Source: a virus | Virus record (IMG/VR): IMGVR_UViG_3300033145_001598 | Coordinates: 11,595-75,594 of that record | Direction: 5' to 3' (one strand) | DNA: 64,000 nt | Shown: in pieces, positions 10,496-20,919 of the stretch | Position numbering within the stretch: position 1 is the first letter of the stretch | Layout of the letters: every line of letters starts with the position of its first letter | The notes under the pieces: generated by a model | Database searches by the model: none | What the model was told of the DNA's origin: nothing | Seen by the model: only the letters and a program-made list of their open reading frames with translations | Made by a program: the position numbers and the translations under genes

Positions 10496-11041
10496 CTATT
10501 TCCAAAAACAGTGGGCTGCTATTAGTCTGCACCATTTTATAAATTGTTCTTGTCCATAAATATTCTTCATACGATTTATATCTTTATGAACCCATTGTAT
10601 GTTTCCTTTTACATATCCCTTCTTAGAATCAATTCGATCTAAAGAAGCTGTTTTTATGTTTATATTTCCAAGAGCAATAGGTATTCCTGATAATGCACAT
10701 TTTCTATCTTGAGACAGAAACAATTCCCAGGCATCTTTGATTGTTATGTTTACTTCTAGTGGACCTCTACTATTATTTTGTGCATTTCTTGTGATTTGGT
10801 TCCAATGATTTCCTGTAAGATCTCCATAGCCTGTCCACTTATAATGTCCACTCTTTTGAGGTTTTATACAGCCACAGGATTTGCTGTTTCGTCTTTTTAA
10901 ATGTGAAGCATAAACATCTCTAATTGTTCCGCATTCACATTGACAGCGATAACGGGTATGTCCTCTCCTTGTGCTACTTATGTCTTCTAATATTGTCCAT
11001 TTATTAAACTTGTCTCCCTTATTAAACTGTAGTTTTTTCAT
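10496..11041 (-). CDS. Free-standing HNH-type homing endonuclease
   Basis: N-terminal CQCECG...SCGC; C-terminal CALSG, SLDRIDSKKGYVKGNIQWVH..IN; directly downstream of nrdJ. Confidence 0.85.
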   Translation of the reverse strand: MKKLQFNKGDKFNKWTILEDISSTRRGHTRYRCQCECGTIRDVYASHLKRRNSKSCGCIKPQKSGHYKWTGYGDLTGNHWNQITRNAQNNSRGPLEVNITIKDAWELFLSQDRKCALSGIPIALGNINIKTASLDRIDSKKGYVKGNIQWVHKDINRMKNIYGQEQFIKWCRLIAAHCFWK

Positions 11042-11046
11042 ATGCT

Positions 11047-11077
11047 AATATATAGCACACTATATTATAGCTAGCAA
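11047..11077 (-). promoter_or_regulatory. Sigma70-like promoter, probably giving a leaderless HNH mRNA
   Basis: TTGCTA-17 nt-(TGC)TATATA then 7 nt to ATG; no Shine-Dalgarno. Confidence 0.5.
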
Positions 11078-11083
11078 CTATTA

Positions 11084-13894
11084 CTATGTATTATTGGGAA
11101 TAATACTACAGGAGTCTGAGGAACAAAATTTTTCGATGACTTCATTAGTAGCCTCTGATAGATCTAATGGTTTTAGTTTGGTTATAGCTTTCTTGTATTC
11201 CTTCTTGGTTATCTCTTGGTAGGGAGCATGTTCGTAGCCATGGTCCTTAAGAGGTAGGAAACTTATTCCTTTTAGTCTGTGTTCATATAGTTCTAGGGCG
11301 TATGGAATCTGCGCCGCTTCTTCTTTGTTGAATGTAATGGTACAGCTTACTTGATTATCTGCCCACCAGTATTGCATTTGAGCGGCGTTTTCCAACTGTT
11401 CCCACATGCTTACGTCACTTTTACTTCTATCAAAATGTTCTTCCTTAATAGGGAAGTACACTGCTGTTGTATTAGGTTCTTTCTTGGGGTCTATCTCTAC
11501 GCACTGATATCCTGCAGCTCTTAGTTTTTCTATGAGAGGTGAATCACTAGCGAACCTAATAACTCGGTGATAATATTCGCTATGAGGGTTATGAATACCA
11601 GGAGTAGCCCCTGGCAACAGAGAAATAGTCCCCGAGGGCTTGAGACTAGTAATCTTAATACTCTCCGGAATACAAAGCCATCTACTATAGATGCCATCTA
11701 ACCTCTTTAAATAATCGTACCCTTGGTCACACCAGCTGAAGAGTTCCCGCCGTCCATGTATCTTAAATGCCTGCGCTATACCTGACATGCTGGTGCCAAT
11801 ACGCCTATTCCTTAACATAACAGCATTGGTTCTAGCATCATGAGTATGTACTAGAGTTACTGTCTTAGCATAGAGATAGGCAAACTTTAATGTTCTTTGA
11901 AACTCTTCATAGCCACTATGTTTAGCAGGAAAAGTTTCAACCAAATTACATAGTTCGAAGGATTCTAAAGTTTGTTCCAAACATGGATTTCCTCCTGCTG
12001 CAGCTACATCTTTATAGTCTGCTGGATCTTTAGTTCTAGAATATTTTCTAGCATTTTCTAACCAAAAATATCCAGGTTCTCCATTTTTTGCTGTTCTTTC
12101 AGCACATTCTTTATAGTTCATTCCTAGTATAGCAAAAATTGAATTATTACTGGCCCATCTGTGATGATCAAGAGCTTTTTTATTAACTTTAGGGTCTTTA
12201 AGCTCAAGGAAATCTATGTCATCAGGCTCCCCAAACATAATCTCTGCTGTCCTACGGAGGTTACCAGCTACTACACATCTACCTATTAGATTAAATATAT
12301 CTACTATAGCTGTAGAGGTAACAGCTTCTCCCACTAGTTTGTCTAGGAGTTTTTCAAGACTTTCTACTAGTTCTATTAATGGTTCCGGACCACTATTATG
12401 TGAAACAAATCCATTGGCTACAAAATTATGGAATGGTGCCTCCATTTGCAAATCGAATACTCTTTCATATCCTTGCTTCTGTATGCTCACTATATTGTCA
12501 AAGTTTAGGTATCTATGCTCGTATGGTGAGCCTAAATGATCTTCTTTTGCATGAGTTTTATTATGACAACGGGCACATAAAGTTTGAAGATTATAATGAT
12601 TGTTATTTAAAGCATTTCTGTCACGATGATGGACATAAATATAATGTTCTCTTGTTGAGAACTCATCATTACCACAAAGTTCACAGGTTGGGTGTAATTT
12701 AAGATAGTCCCTATTTTCTTTTCTTTGCCTTGCTGTTATTGCAAGAGCATCATCTCTTATTTGATACACATCAAAGCATGGCTTACATCTTATTGCTCGT
12801 CTACTTATTGAACATCCACAGTCTATACAAGTGCCTGTTTTTCTTTCTTTAGCTCCATTAATTGCAATGTCTTCTCCTATAGAAAAGTTTTCTAAATACT
12901 TATATCTTCCTTCTGAGTCTAGGAATCTATGATTAGATGTTGCTTTGATTGAATAACCTAGTCTTGTTGTGATTTCAAATACTTCTGCGGTTCCATTATC
13001 ATAAATATCAATGACCTTGTTTCTAAAGAAGCTACCAGTTTTTTCATCTAATGAACGGATTAAAATATTTCTTGATTCCCAGTTCCAGGTTGTATTTTGT
13101 TTCGTGTCATATAGTTCTTCTATAGTAATCTGATTTTCATTCTTACCTTTATGATGATCATCCAGATAGAGTAGCGTTTCTCCTGTTAAACAAGCCGTAC
13201 CACCAAACCCACGGATAGGGGTCCCTGAGGGCCTGACTTGACTGTAGTCTATGTTTTCTGGAAAGGTATCTCTTCCTACATAGGAGTCGAGAACACGTCT
13301 TATAAGCTCAACCCAGCCTTCTCGTGAGTCTTCTACAACATGCTTGCCACCTATACGTGGTTCACGGATGTTAATAGTCCCCGCACCTCTAGTGTCTCCT
13401 CCGACACCTACGCCAAGCATAGACATGTCCATAAGAAAGCAAAATGGATCTGAGAACGAAGTCTTAAGGTCTATCGTGGAGCACATTGCACAATTATTCA
13501 ACGAGGCTGCTTTTTCAAGCAACCTATCCGTTCCCATCATCCACATACCACGACCTGGAGGCAGGAACTTAAACTCCCACATCAATCGATACATTTCTTG
13601 AGCAGATCTTTGTGCTTTTCTAGGATTCCAGGGCAGGTGAAGGTCTTTACAGTGAGCTTCTTGGAGGTGATAACAACCTTCTATTACTCGAACTAAAGTT
13701 AACCAGTATTCCTCACTGGTCTTGACTTCATGTTCTTCAGCAAGCTTCTGACACCTCTTAGGGATATTCTCCAGAGCTCTACTGTAAGTTCTTTTGTAGG
13801 TGATATATCCGATTTGGCCCCATTCTGGTTGTTTACCAGCAAATTTGGCAACAAATCTATCATCTAGTCTGAAGCGGACGACAGACATATCCAT
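11084..13894 (-). CDS. nrdJ: Class II adenosylcobalamin-dependent ribonucleotide reductase (monomeric RTPR type), intein-containing
   Basis: YKRTYSR, LPPGRG, LNNC, GVGVG, GNLRRTAEI, GEPG, GNPCLEQ..CNL, KPSGT, WADNQVSCT. Confidence 0.96.
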   Translation of the reverse strand: MDMSVVRFRLDDRFVAKFAGKQPEWGQIGYITYKRTYSRALENIPKRCQKLAEEHEVKTSEEYWLTLVRVIEGCYHLQEAHCKDLHLPWNPRKAQRSAQEMYRLMWEFKFLPPGRGMWMMGTDRLLEKAASLNNCAMCSTIDLKTSFSDPFCFLMDMSMLGVGVGGDTRGAGTINIREPRIGGKHVVEDSREGWVELIRRVLDSYVGRDTFPENIDYSQVRPSGTPIRGFGGTACLTGETLLYLDDHHKGKNENQITIEELYDTKQNTTWNWESRNILIRSLDEKTGSFFRNKVIDIYDNGTAEVFEITTRLGYSIKATSNHRFLDSEGRYKYLENFSIGEDIAINGAKERKTGTCIDCGCSISRRAIRCKPCFDVYQIRDDALAITARQRKENRDYLKLHPTCELCGNDEFSTREHYIYVHHRDRNALNNNHYNLQTLCARCHNKTHAKEDHLGSPYEHRYLNFDNIVSIQKQGYERVFDLQMEAPFHNFVANGFVSHNSGPEPLIELVESLEKLLDKLVGEAVTSTAIVDIFNLIGRCVVAGNLRRTAEIMFGEPDDIDFLELKDPKVNKKALDHHRWASNNSIFAILGMNYKECAERTAKNGEPGYFWLENARKYSRTKDPADYKDVAAAGGNPCLEQTLESFELCNLVETFPAKHSGYEEFQRTLKFAYLYAKTVTLVHTHDARTNAVMLRNRRIGTSMSGIAQAFKIHGRRELFSWCDQGYDYLKRLDGIYSRWLCIPESIKITSLKPSGTISLLPGATPGIHNPHSEYYHRVIRFASDSPLIEKLRAAGYQCVEIDPKKEPNTTAVYFPIKEEHFDRSKSDVSMWEQLENAAQMQYWWADNQVSCTITFNKEEAAQIPYALELYEHRLKGISFLPLKDHGYEHAPYQEITKKEYKKAITKLKPLDLSEATNEVIEKFCSSDSCSIIPNNT
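12395..13192 (-). mobile_element. Intein (266 aa) with HNH/Zn-finger endonuclease in NrdJ
   Basis: GFGGTA|CLTGET...VSHN|SGPEPL; TSNH block B; CELC...VHHRD..N...NLQTLCARCH. Confidence 0.93.
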
Positions 13895-13922
13895 AAGTAA
13901 GTTAACCTTTCTTTTGACTGAG

Positions 13923-14291
13923 TTATTCTGATTTGTTCTGAGCTTTAGTGAGTAGATTTAGAGACATTTTCATCATCTCAGCAATTTGACCCATGGTCTT
14001 CATGAGAATCGGGAAACCATATCCTGTACTCATGTCTTTGGTTACATCAATTCTATGCCCAGCATAGGAATGTAGTCCCATAAGCTCAACAATACCTGTG
14101 TTTTTGCCAATGATATCAAAGAGAAATTCGCCATCATCTTCTTTAAGGCCAATGATATAGCCATATTTCAATGCTGGTATCTGTCTGACCTCTCCTTCAG
14201 CGTCTTCCATTCTGTCATCAAGCTCTTCGGCGAGCGCTTCTTCATGTTCTTCGATTCCAAATTCGTCAACTTCTTTAGGTTCGTCTGTCAC
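13923..14291 (-). CDS. Hypothetical acidic protein
   Basis: 122-aa ORF overlapping the next gene. Confidence 0.6.
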   Translation of the reverse strand: MTDEPKEVDEFGIEEHEEALAEELDDRMEDAEGEVRQIPALKYGYIIGLKEDDGEFLFDIIGKNTGIVELMGLHSYAGHRIDVTKDMSTGYGFPILMKTMGQIAEMMKMSLNLLTKAQNKSE

Positions 14292-15064
14292 TGTTGTTCA
14301 TTCCTTCCCAACATGCCGTCTAGTCTTTGTTCGTGCTGCAGCATTTTGGCTTCTACGCTAAGATTTAAGACAATATCTTCTATATGTTTTCGTGTTTCAA
14401 ATAAACTATTGAGTACATCTTTCCAGAAGGCTAGCTCCAACTCAGCACAGGTTACAGCTTCTTGAAGATCAGCTGTAGCTTGTTCTGCTAATAGGTTGAG
14501 AGTATCTTTAGCTGGAAGTTTCTGATTCTTTGCAGTGTATAAAGCTACTTGTCTAGAGAATTCTTTTCTATGTTCTTTGTCTCGGTAGCTTTTTGTCATG
14601 GAGAGTCTAGCTTGAGAATCCCTTTTCTCACTGTTGGCTCTCTGCTGTAGGTCCATCAGCTGGGTGCTAGCTTGTCTACAATTGGCTGGGGTCGCATCTT
14701 CATCTATATCTACTTTAAATATCTGTCTCCACTCGTCTGGTAACTTGCCTGAGATGAGGTACTGAGACTTAAATCTTCTTGCAGTGTCATCAGAGACTCC
14801 TTTGCCTGCCTTGAGATGGTTTATGATATCTTCTGCTATCTTGATGCCGGGATCTTTAAGATCTTCTGACATCTCTTCTCCTTCTTCCTCTAATTCTTCT
14901 GCTATTCTCCCTATCCTGAGTTCGTTCTCGTCTAAGTTTTGATCCCCCCCAAAAACTTGGGCTAGCTCCTGGAAGGGATCTGTTATGTGGGGAATTGTGA
15001 CATTCCCCTGGCGGGACGTACAACATGTGGAATCTATCTTACATTCGTCTTCAGATGTTGGCAA
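14288..15064 (-). CDS. Hypothetical helical/coiled-coil protein (possibly UvsY-like recombination mediator)
   Basis: 258-aa ORF with long amphipathic helical C-terminal half; function is a guess. Confidence 0.35.
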   Translation of the reverse strand: MPTSEDECKIDSTCCTSRQGNVTIPHITDPFQELAQVFGGDQNLDENELRIGRIAEELEEEGEEMSEDLKDPGIKIAEDIINHLKAGKGVSDDTARRFKSQYLISGKLPDEWRQIFKVDIDEDATPANCRQASTQLMDLQQRANSEKRDSQARLSMTKSYRDKEHRKEFSRQVALYTAKNQKLPAKDTLNLLAEQATADLQEAVTCAELELAFWKDVLNSLFETRKHIEDIVLNLSVEAKMLQHEQRLDGMLGRNEQQ

Positions 15065-15074
15065 TAGTTTCTTC

Positions 15075-15992
15075 CTATTTTTTACTTCTTTCCATAACCT
15101 TGCGAAACACCTTAGGAATTCCGCAATAGTCCATAGGACTGGGGTTTCTATTGTGAACTATTCTTTGAATGTTTTCCCATGTATCAACTGGGCCAACCCT
15201 TACTTTGTCGTCCATTAGATGATAAGAATCATATGGACATCCTGTTACCGAACCATCTGGCCACACATGTAATTTCCTTGTTCCTGCTCCACATGTTAAA
15301 CCTGACTTTATATTTATGACAGTGTCTTGCATACAACTGTCTTCAATTAATTTCTCTTTTGGAACTCTGTCTCTAGATTCAAACCATCTTTCTATGGCCT
15401 TTGCATCCGGCCCTGATCCTAGAGCATCTTTTTCTAGTGTTAGATATACTTTATCCGCTAGTTTTACTCCAGAATCAAATTGATCTACAGGTAAATATCC
15501 ACTAATCATGGCATTATAGTGTAGTTTTACATCTAAGCAATCAATTATGTTACGTAGTTCTTGCCTGGTCCAGTCACTTTTTGGCATACAGGACAGAGAC
15601 AGTGTGTCTACTTTGCTTAAGAATTTTATTGTGGGATTATCTTGGCGTCCCATGACAAGGCTAGCCCATGACTTTAATGAATCATAATCTCTTATTGTTA
15701 GGCAGAGGTCGGGCAGATTCTTTTCATGGTCATACCTAGTCCATAGTTCCTTAAATAAATTAACTAAGCCTGGGTCTGGATCTAGTGTGGTGTCTAGTGA
15801 GATAGTGAACTGACTACAAGACAGTTTCTTCTCAATAAATAGAAGACTATACAGGTCTACTCTTAGGGACCCCGAATAGGATGAAGCTGGAGATTTACTA
15901 ACATAGCAGTTATGACAATTGAACTCGCATCTGAATGCAGGTTGCCACATCACGTGGTCAGTACTAATTTTATCTTTTCCTATTACTAACAT
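15075..15992 (-). CDS. Divergent radical SAM protein with SPASM/Twitch-like C-terminus
   Basis: CEFNCHNC (CxxxCxxC); CGAG....HVWPDGSVTGCPY. Confidence 0.75.
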   Translation of the reverse strand: MLVIGKDKISTDHVMWQPAFRCEFNCHNCYVSKSPASSYSGSLRVDLYSLLFIEKKLSCSQFTISLDTTLDPDPGLVNLFKELWTRYDHEKNLPDLCLTIRDYDSLKSWASLVMGRQDNPTIKFLSKVDTLSLSCMPKSDWTRQELRNIIDCLDVKLHYNAMISGYLPVDQFDSGVKLADKVYLTLEKDALGSGPDAKAIERWFESRDRVPKEKLIEDSCMQDTVINIKSGLTCGAGTRKLHVWPDGSVTGCPYDSYHLMDDKVRVGPVDTWENIQRIVHNRNPSPMDYCGIPKVFRKVMERSKK

Positions 15993-15995
15993 TGT

Positions 15996-16955
15996 TTAAT
16001 CCAAGTCTATCAAGTTGAGTCTATCGTCCATTTCGGTAGTCTCAATGAGGATTGGTTCAGGACTTGCTATTGGTGCAGCTACTAGACAAGCAGCTTTAAT
16101 CGCCATAAGTTCCTGTATAATCCAATGTCTATTTCCTCTTATAGTATTCCATGCTGTATTGAATACCACTTGCCAACCAATCTGACTTTTAGCTACAATA
16201 GCACTTGCCCAGGGATCACATTTCTGTCCTCTATTGTCTCCCTCACCGCTGTAGCCCCATCCCTGATTTTGGTTCAGTTGAATCCATTTTACACCTAGAA
16301 AACTTGGACCAGAAAAAGACTGGATGTATTCAGCAGTCGCTCTTCCAATGAATCCATAGATATCATCTCCGGGAAACTGATTCCTTCTTAAGTCTACCTC
16401 TTCTCTTAACTTAGGCTCTGTTCTTCTTAAATAGAATGCATGGTCTTTTATCTTGTTCATTATTATAGAGTCTAGTCTCTCATATACTTTAGCAAGAAGT
16501 CGTGGAGTACCATTAGTTAAAATATAACGAGCATCTCTCCAGTGAGATATATTTGACTTCATACGAGTACTATTACCAATGTCATACCTATGAGCAAGCT
16601 GAGAATTATATTGTTGATCAAGTTTTTCTACTGCTTCCCAGTCTTGATTACTTGCAAGAGCATAGTAATGTCTTGCTTCAGCAGGTACATCCGGTGCGGT
16701 GAAAAAAGGTTCGGGTATTGGTTCTAATAATGTCTTTTCTTCCGTAAATGATTGACATACAGATAGAAGATCTAAAGGTATTATTGAATCAGATGCCGGT
16801 CTATCGACAAATGCTAGTTGTTGTACTTTTAAATCTAAGCTATTCATAACAGCATTAAGCTGTCTTACTTTAGGTAGCTTTCTAGATGTGTATCCATCGG
16901 TTCTTACGACAGCCTGTATTTCTGGATAACAATTGTTATGTTCGTAATTCGGCAT
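15996..16955 (-). CDS. Hypothetical protein with acidic C-terminal tail DDRLNLIDLD
   Basis: 319-aa ORF directly downstream of the AAA+ ATPase. Confidence 0.7.
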   Translation of the reverse strand: MPNYEHNNCYPEIQAVVRTDGYTSRKLPKVRQLNAVMNSLDLKVQQLAFVDRPASDSIIPLDLLSVCQSFTEEKTLLEPIPEPFFTAPDVPAEARHYYALASNQDWEAVEKLDQQYNSQLAHRYDIGNSTRMKSNISHWRDARYILTNGTPRLLAKVYERLDSIIMNKIKDHAFYLRRTEPKLREEVDLRRNQFPGDDIYGFIGRATAEYIQSFSGPSFLGVKWIQLNQNQGWGYSGEGDNRGQKCDPWASAIVAKSQIGWQVVFNTAWNTIRGNRHWIIQELMAIKAACLVAAPIASPEPILIETTEMDDRLNLIDLD

Positions 16956-16961
16956 TTTAAT

Positions 16962-19900
16962 TTAGTCGTCTAAAAGATCTGATGTTCTGACTTCTTCTTC
17001 AGATACATAGTCTTTCTTTTCTTTTTCTTTCTCTGTCTGAATCTCATCTAGGTCGTCTAGAGAGTCAGCTAGGTCGAGCTCTTTACCACTCTCTGTGGTA
17101 ACAACTTGAGCTCCTGGTGCATTGGCAGCAGCTGCTAGAGAGCTAGCATATCTTGCCCTGTCTCGTGCCCAGCTTCTAATCTCGTCAATCTTTTCCTTCA
17201 TGATCTTAGCAATAGCCTTCGTATCTTTCAGTGCTCCGAGAATATCCTTTGTCTGGATTTCTCTCTTGCCATCCTGAAATGCTCTGACAACAGATTCCTT
17301 TACTGCCTTCTCAATCTCAGAACCTGTGTACATATGACTAGCTGCTACTAGTACTTCCATGTCTAGCTTTAGGTCGTCAGCATTTCTATCTTTTTTCTTA
17401 AGATGGATACGAAAGATTTCATCTCTCTCTACAGATGTTGGTAGATCAACAAAGAACACTTCATTGAACCTTCTAATTAACTCTGGAGGTAGAGCTTGGA
17501 TATCATTTGCAGTAGCAATCGTGATGATACCTTCCATCCTCTCTTCCATCGCTGTCAGTAGAGTACCGAAAACACGAGCTAGCGTTCCTCCGTCTGAAAA
17601 ATTACTTGATTTTGACCCACTTAAGGACTTTTCAATCTCGTCTATCCAGAGTACAGCTGGTGCTACAGCTTCTGCTTGAGCGATGACCTGTCTCATCTTC
17701 TCTTCAGAGTTGTGGACAAGCATTGGACAGCTTCCTGCGATGAACTTTTCTAGTCCGTGTCCTGGTACAGAGATATCATATACAGTATCTTTTCCCTTTT
17801 CTCTTGGAACTTCTTTGATACTCTTAACTTTAACCCACCGAACCTCGGAATGTGTGGCTGCTTTCATTACTGTACATAGTTCGTCAGTAATTGGGGTACC
17901 ATAGTAAGTTCCAGGTGCGAATTGGATACATTTCTTTACTGTCTCTAGGCCAATAGCTGAAGCTCTATGATCATAATTATATGGTCTTGAGTGTAGCTTA
18001 CTCCACATTCTTTTACGCACAGCATTAATTTCGTCTTTAACCTTCTCTGTTAACGGAATGTAGTATCCATGAATATTAAAAGACTGTCTGTCTGCTAGGG
18101 CCTTTGCCTTATAGTCTTGGATAAATCCCACTTTCTTCTCAAACTTATTAAGGTCTGTCTCTGAACTGATTCTTACAATATAGTCTGTTCCTGGTGTGGT
18201 TCTCTTTCCGCTGTCTGAGATTTTCTCAGCAATATGAGCATGAATGCCTACTCTATGTAATAGATGAGCTATATCATCTCTCAATAACTTAGAGACACTG
18301 GATACTTCTAATATATGACCAGTAAAAGATCCGTCTGTTGAAAAGTAACCAGACAAAAGACCAAAAATATATTCTTTGCTATATCCGAAGACTGATTCTG
18401 GAACTCTTTTGGTATGAGAGTTCCCTTCATATCCATCAGCCTTCAAGGTAGCTTGTAGATCTCTTACATGAACTACCTTACACTGGTCGCTTGAACTACT
18501 GTCATATATAGAGTAATTAAAATTACCTTCGTCTAGTATTGCTTCAAAAGCTGGCAAGTCTTTGATGTTTAAATGATATCTTACATCTTTTCCATTATAA
18601 TCACCATCTCCTAGCCACGCTCCTGCTAGGAAACCTTCTGTCCAGGTACCTTTATCATTTGTTCCTTCAGCTACATAGAGTACACCAGGGGAAGCAATAA
18701 AGTCTCCTGGGTTCAGAGAGTCTACTCTCACTTCTTTAAGTCGAAGGTTGTCTGTGTAGGAGAATACACCATGGTCTCCAGTGGTTATAATACTTCTACC
18801 GTCCTCTGTCATGAGCTTATACAACTTGTCTTCTGGTTGCATTTTATGTGGAATAAAAGCTTCGACCTTTCCTCTTTGCCCTAATCCAGTATCTGTATAG
18901 GTATCTACCCAACAGTTGTCTGGTTTATTTTCTACTAGTTCCTGGATTGTATTCCTATGAGAGTCTCCGTCTTCGTCGTACCAGATAATCTCTTCAGAAC
19001 CCCTGATGCTACCTCCCACAAGGCCTGTCATTACCTTACCAACATCTAACCTTAAGAGAGGTAGATTCCACGCCGCGCTTACTGCCTTAGCCAACAGGCT
19101 CTTCCCAGTATTGTGAACAATAACTCCGTCAGCTACAAAATTGTTGTTGGGATATTCCATCTGGATATCATATGTGATATCTTCATCTCTTTTTTCAACA
19201 CTAACTACTGTCCCTTCTTGGATGTAATCTACATTAAAGTTTTCAACTTTAGAATGTAGATGAGCGTGGCCATCATGTTCCATGACCATTAGATTACTAA
19301 TGTCATCGTTCAGAGGACTCTCATCAATGTGATGTACATCATAGTTACGGCTCAAAAACTTAAGTTTTGATGATTGTTGTTCATTTGTCTTAAGAATATC
19401 AATAAATTCTTCTGGTGTCATTGAATTCATATGAGCTTCAATGACTAGTCGTGCATAGTTAGACCTCTGATATGTACATCCATTAACTTCATGCTCTGAT
19501 GCTTTTGGATGATACTTTAGAGTTTCTACAACTCTTCGTTTAGGTCTAAGTTTGATATTTTTACCACCACTAAATTGCGGCTTCATTGATCCTTGACATA
19601 GAACTTTCATTCCTCGTTCTAAGATACCTGCTGGTTTATATAAACCAGTTGCCATACAGATTGGATGATCAGGAGTAAGCATAACAATTTTGTTTTCATT
19701 TGAACCATCAATTGAAATGCATACTTCTACTATTTCTTTAATACCGGAATCAATAACACCAAGTACACGATTCTTAACAAATTTACCTTCACCATCAAAC
19801 GAGTGTAGATATGTGGGAATCTCTGGATTCCATTTATATCTATCGTCACCTCGTTGATTGAATCGTTTATATAGGTCTTCTACTCTAATGTCTCGGAAGT

Positions 19901-20897
19901 CAGTTCGTTTACCACGATTATATGTAGTTATGGTATCACCAGACACACATCCAGGTACGCCGGTCATGAGTACTCCTCGTAGTGGATCTACACCGAACTC
20001 TTTAGCTTCCTGTGAAAACTGGCTATCATACATAGAGAAATACTTCTTAGCATCATCACAGCCACCCACTTCACTGAAGTCTGGTGTTACTCCAATGTAT
20101 TCTAGAATGTCAGATCGTTTAATGACCTGCTTCTTCTCAAGTAACAACCTGCGTTCATCAATTCTCTTCAGGTGAGTGATGCAGGTAATGAGCGCGTTAT
20201 CTACTTCTAACTCAGTCATACCTTGTAGAGCAGTAGCAAATTTACTGAAGTCATCGTCCGTATAGTTCAGTTGAGACTGAATGGTCTTACCTTTATTCTT
20301 GTCTCTAACATGGTCTACTGTCATTTTGATACGTTCTTTGATGGCTTCATGACTTGGAAGCTCATACTCTACAACAGTAATCTGTTTCTCAATGGTAGGT
20401 TCTACTCCACCTTTAGTACCACTTGGACCATGAGCTACACATGGAGCTACGATAAGCAACGTCTTCTTTTGTTTGATTAGTGTTCCATAGAGATCTCTGA
20501 TCTGTCTTGGCAATGGTTGTGCCAGGACAGTATGGAAATCTTTCATGACAAAGATGGCGCCCTTCCTATCGTTAGGTATCTTAATATCATCAATACATTG
20601 CAGTGCCTTTGGAGGATTCCAGCTTTCTGCTTGTTCTCCAGAAGCTCTGGTTGCTGATGCCTTTGTACTGTACCTGACTAGGCCTTGATACGAAGACCAG
20701 GTCCACAAGTCTTTATTCTGACGTTGAGCTACTTCTTTGTAAAAGTTTAGGATAAATCTTTTCTCTTCATGTGTTGTTACCCAAATTATAGGTACGTGAG
20801 CCTTTACTAAACTAAAGATCTGGTCCATCGAGCTTTCATAATTTACTGAAGCTAGCTCTTGAGTATCATTAGATTCTGGTGTTTCTGTCTGTGACAT
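16962..20897 (-). CDS. Ycf46-like AAA+ ATPase with two inteins (about 597 aa after splicing)
   Basis: N-domain PIIWVTTHEE..R, KDFH; spliced Walker A GVPG/TGKS; LDVG..M.GLVGG/SE; Walker B LWIDEIEK; TAND...LPPE..RRF.EVFFVDLP. Confidence 0.92.
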   Translation of the reverse strand: MSQTETPESNDTQELASVNYESSMDQIFSLVKAHVPIIWVTTHEEKRFILNFYKEVAQRQNKDLWTWSSYQGLVRYSTKASATRASGEQAESWNPPKALQCIDDIKIPNDRKGAIFVMKDFHTVLAQPLPRQIRDLYGTLIKQKKTLLIVAPCVAHGPSGTKGGVEPTIEKQITVVEYELPSHEAIKERIKMTVDHVRDKNKGKTIQSQLNYTDDDFSKFATALQGMTELEVDNALITCITHLKRIDERRLLLEKKQVIKRSDILEYIGVTPDFSEVGGCDDAKKYFSMYDSQFSQEAKEFGVDPLRGVLMTGVPGCVSGDTITTYNRGKRTDFRDIRVEDLYKRFNQRGDDRYKWNPEIPTYLHSFDGEGKFVKNRVLGVIDSGIKEIVEVCISIDGSNENKIVMLTPDHPICMATGLYKPAGILERGMKVLCQGSMKPQFSGGKNIKLRPKRRVVETLKYHPKASEHEVNGCTYQRSNYARLVIEAHMNSMTPEEFIDILKTNEQQSSKLKFLSRNYDVHHIDESPLNDDISNLMVMEHDGHAHLHSKVENFNVDYIQEGTVVSVEKRDEDITYDIQMEYPNNNFVADGVIVHNTGKSLLAKAVSAAWNLPLLRLDVGKVMTGLVGGSIRGSEEIIWYDEDGDSHRNTIQELVENKPDNCWVDTYTDTGLGQRGKVEAFIPHKMQPEDKLYKLMTEDGRSIITTGDHGVFSYTDNLRLKEVRVDSLNPGDFIASPGVLYVAEGTNDKGTWTEGFLAGAWLGDGDYNGKDVRYHLNIKDLPAFEAILDEGNFNYSIYDSSSSDQCKVVHVRDLQATLKADGYEGNSHTKRVPESVFGYSKEYIFGLLSGYFSTDGSFTGHILEVSSVSKLLRDDIAHLLHRVGIHAHIAEKISDSGKRTTPGTDYIVRISSETDLNKFEKKVGFIQDYKAKALADRQSFNIHGYYIPLTEKVKDEINAVRKRMWSKLHSRPYNYDHRASAIGLETVKKCIQFAPGTYYGTPITDELCTVMKAATHSEVRWVKVKSIKEVPREKGKDTVYDISVPGHGLEKFIAGSCPMLVHNSEEKMRQVIAQAEAVAPAVLWIDEIEKSLSGSKSSNFSDGGTLARVFGTLLTAMEERMEGIITIATANDIQALPPELIRRFNEVFFVDLPTSVERDEIFRIHLKKKDRNADDLKLDMEVLVAASHMYTGSEIEKAVKESVVRAFQDGKREIQTKDILGALKDTKAIAKIMKEKIDEIRSWARDRARYASSLAAAANAPGAQVVTTESGKELDLADSLDDLDEIQTEKEKEKKDYVSEEEVRTSDLLDD
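17709..19010 (-). mobile_element. Intein 2 (434 aa, Ser1, LAGLIDADG) in the AAA+ ATPase
   Basis: LVGG|SIRGSE...LVHN|SEEK; TGDH block B; GAWLGDG and GYFSTDG. Confidence 0.93.
19110..19949 (-). mobile_element. Intein 1 (280 aa, HNH-type) inside Walker A of the AAA+ ATPase
   Basis: GVPG|CVSGDT...IVHN|TGKS; TPDH block B; VHHIDE...NDDISNLMVM..H...H. Confidence 0.93.
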
Positions 20898-20919
20898 TTA
20901 AATCGTCCCCTTGTTTATC

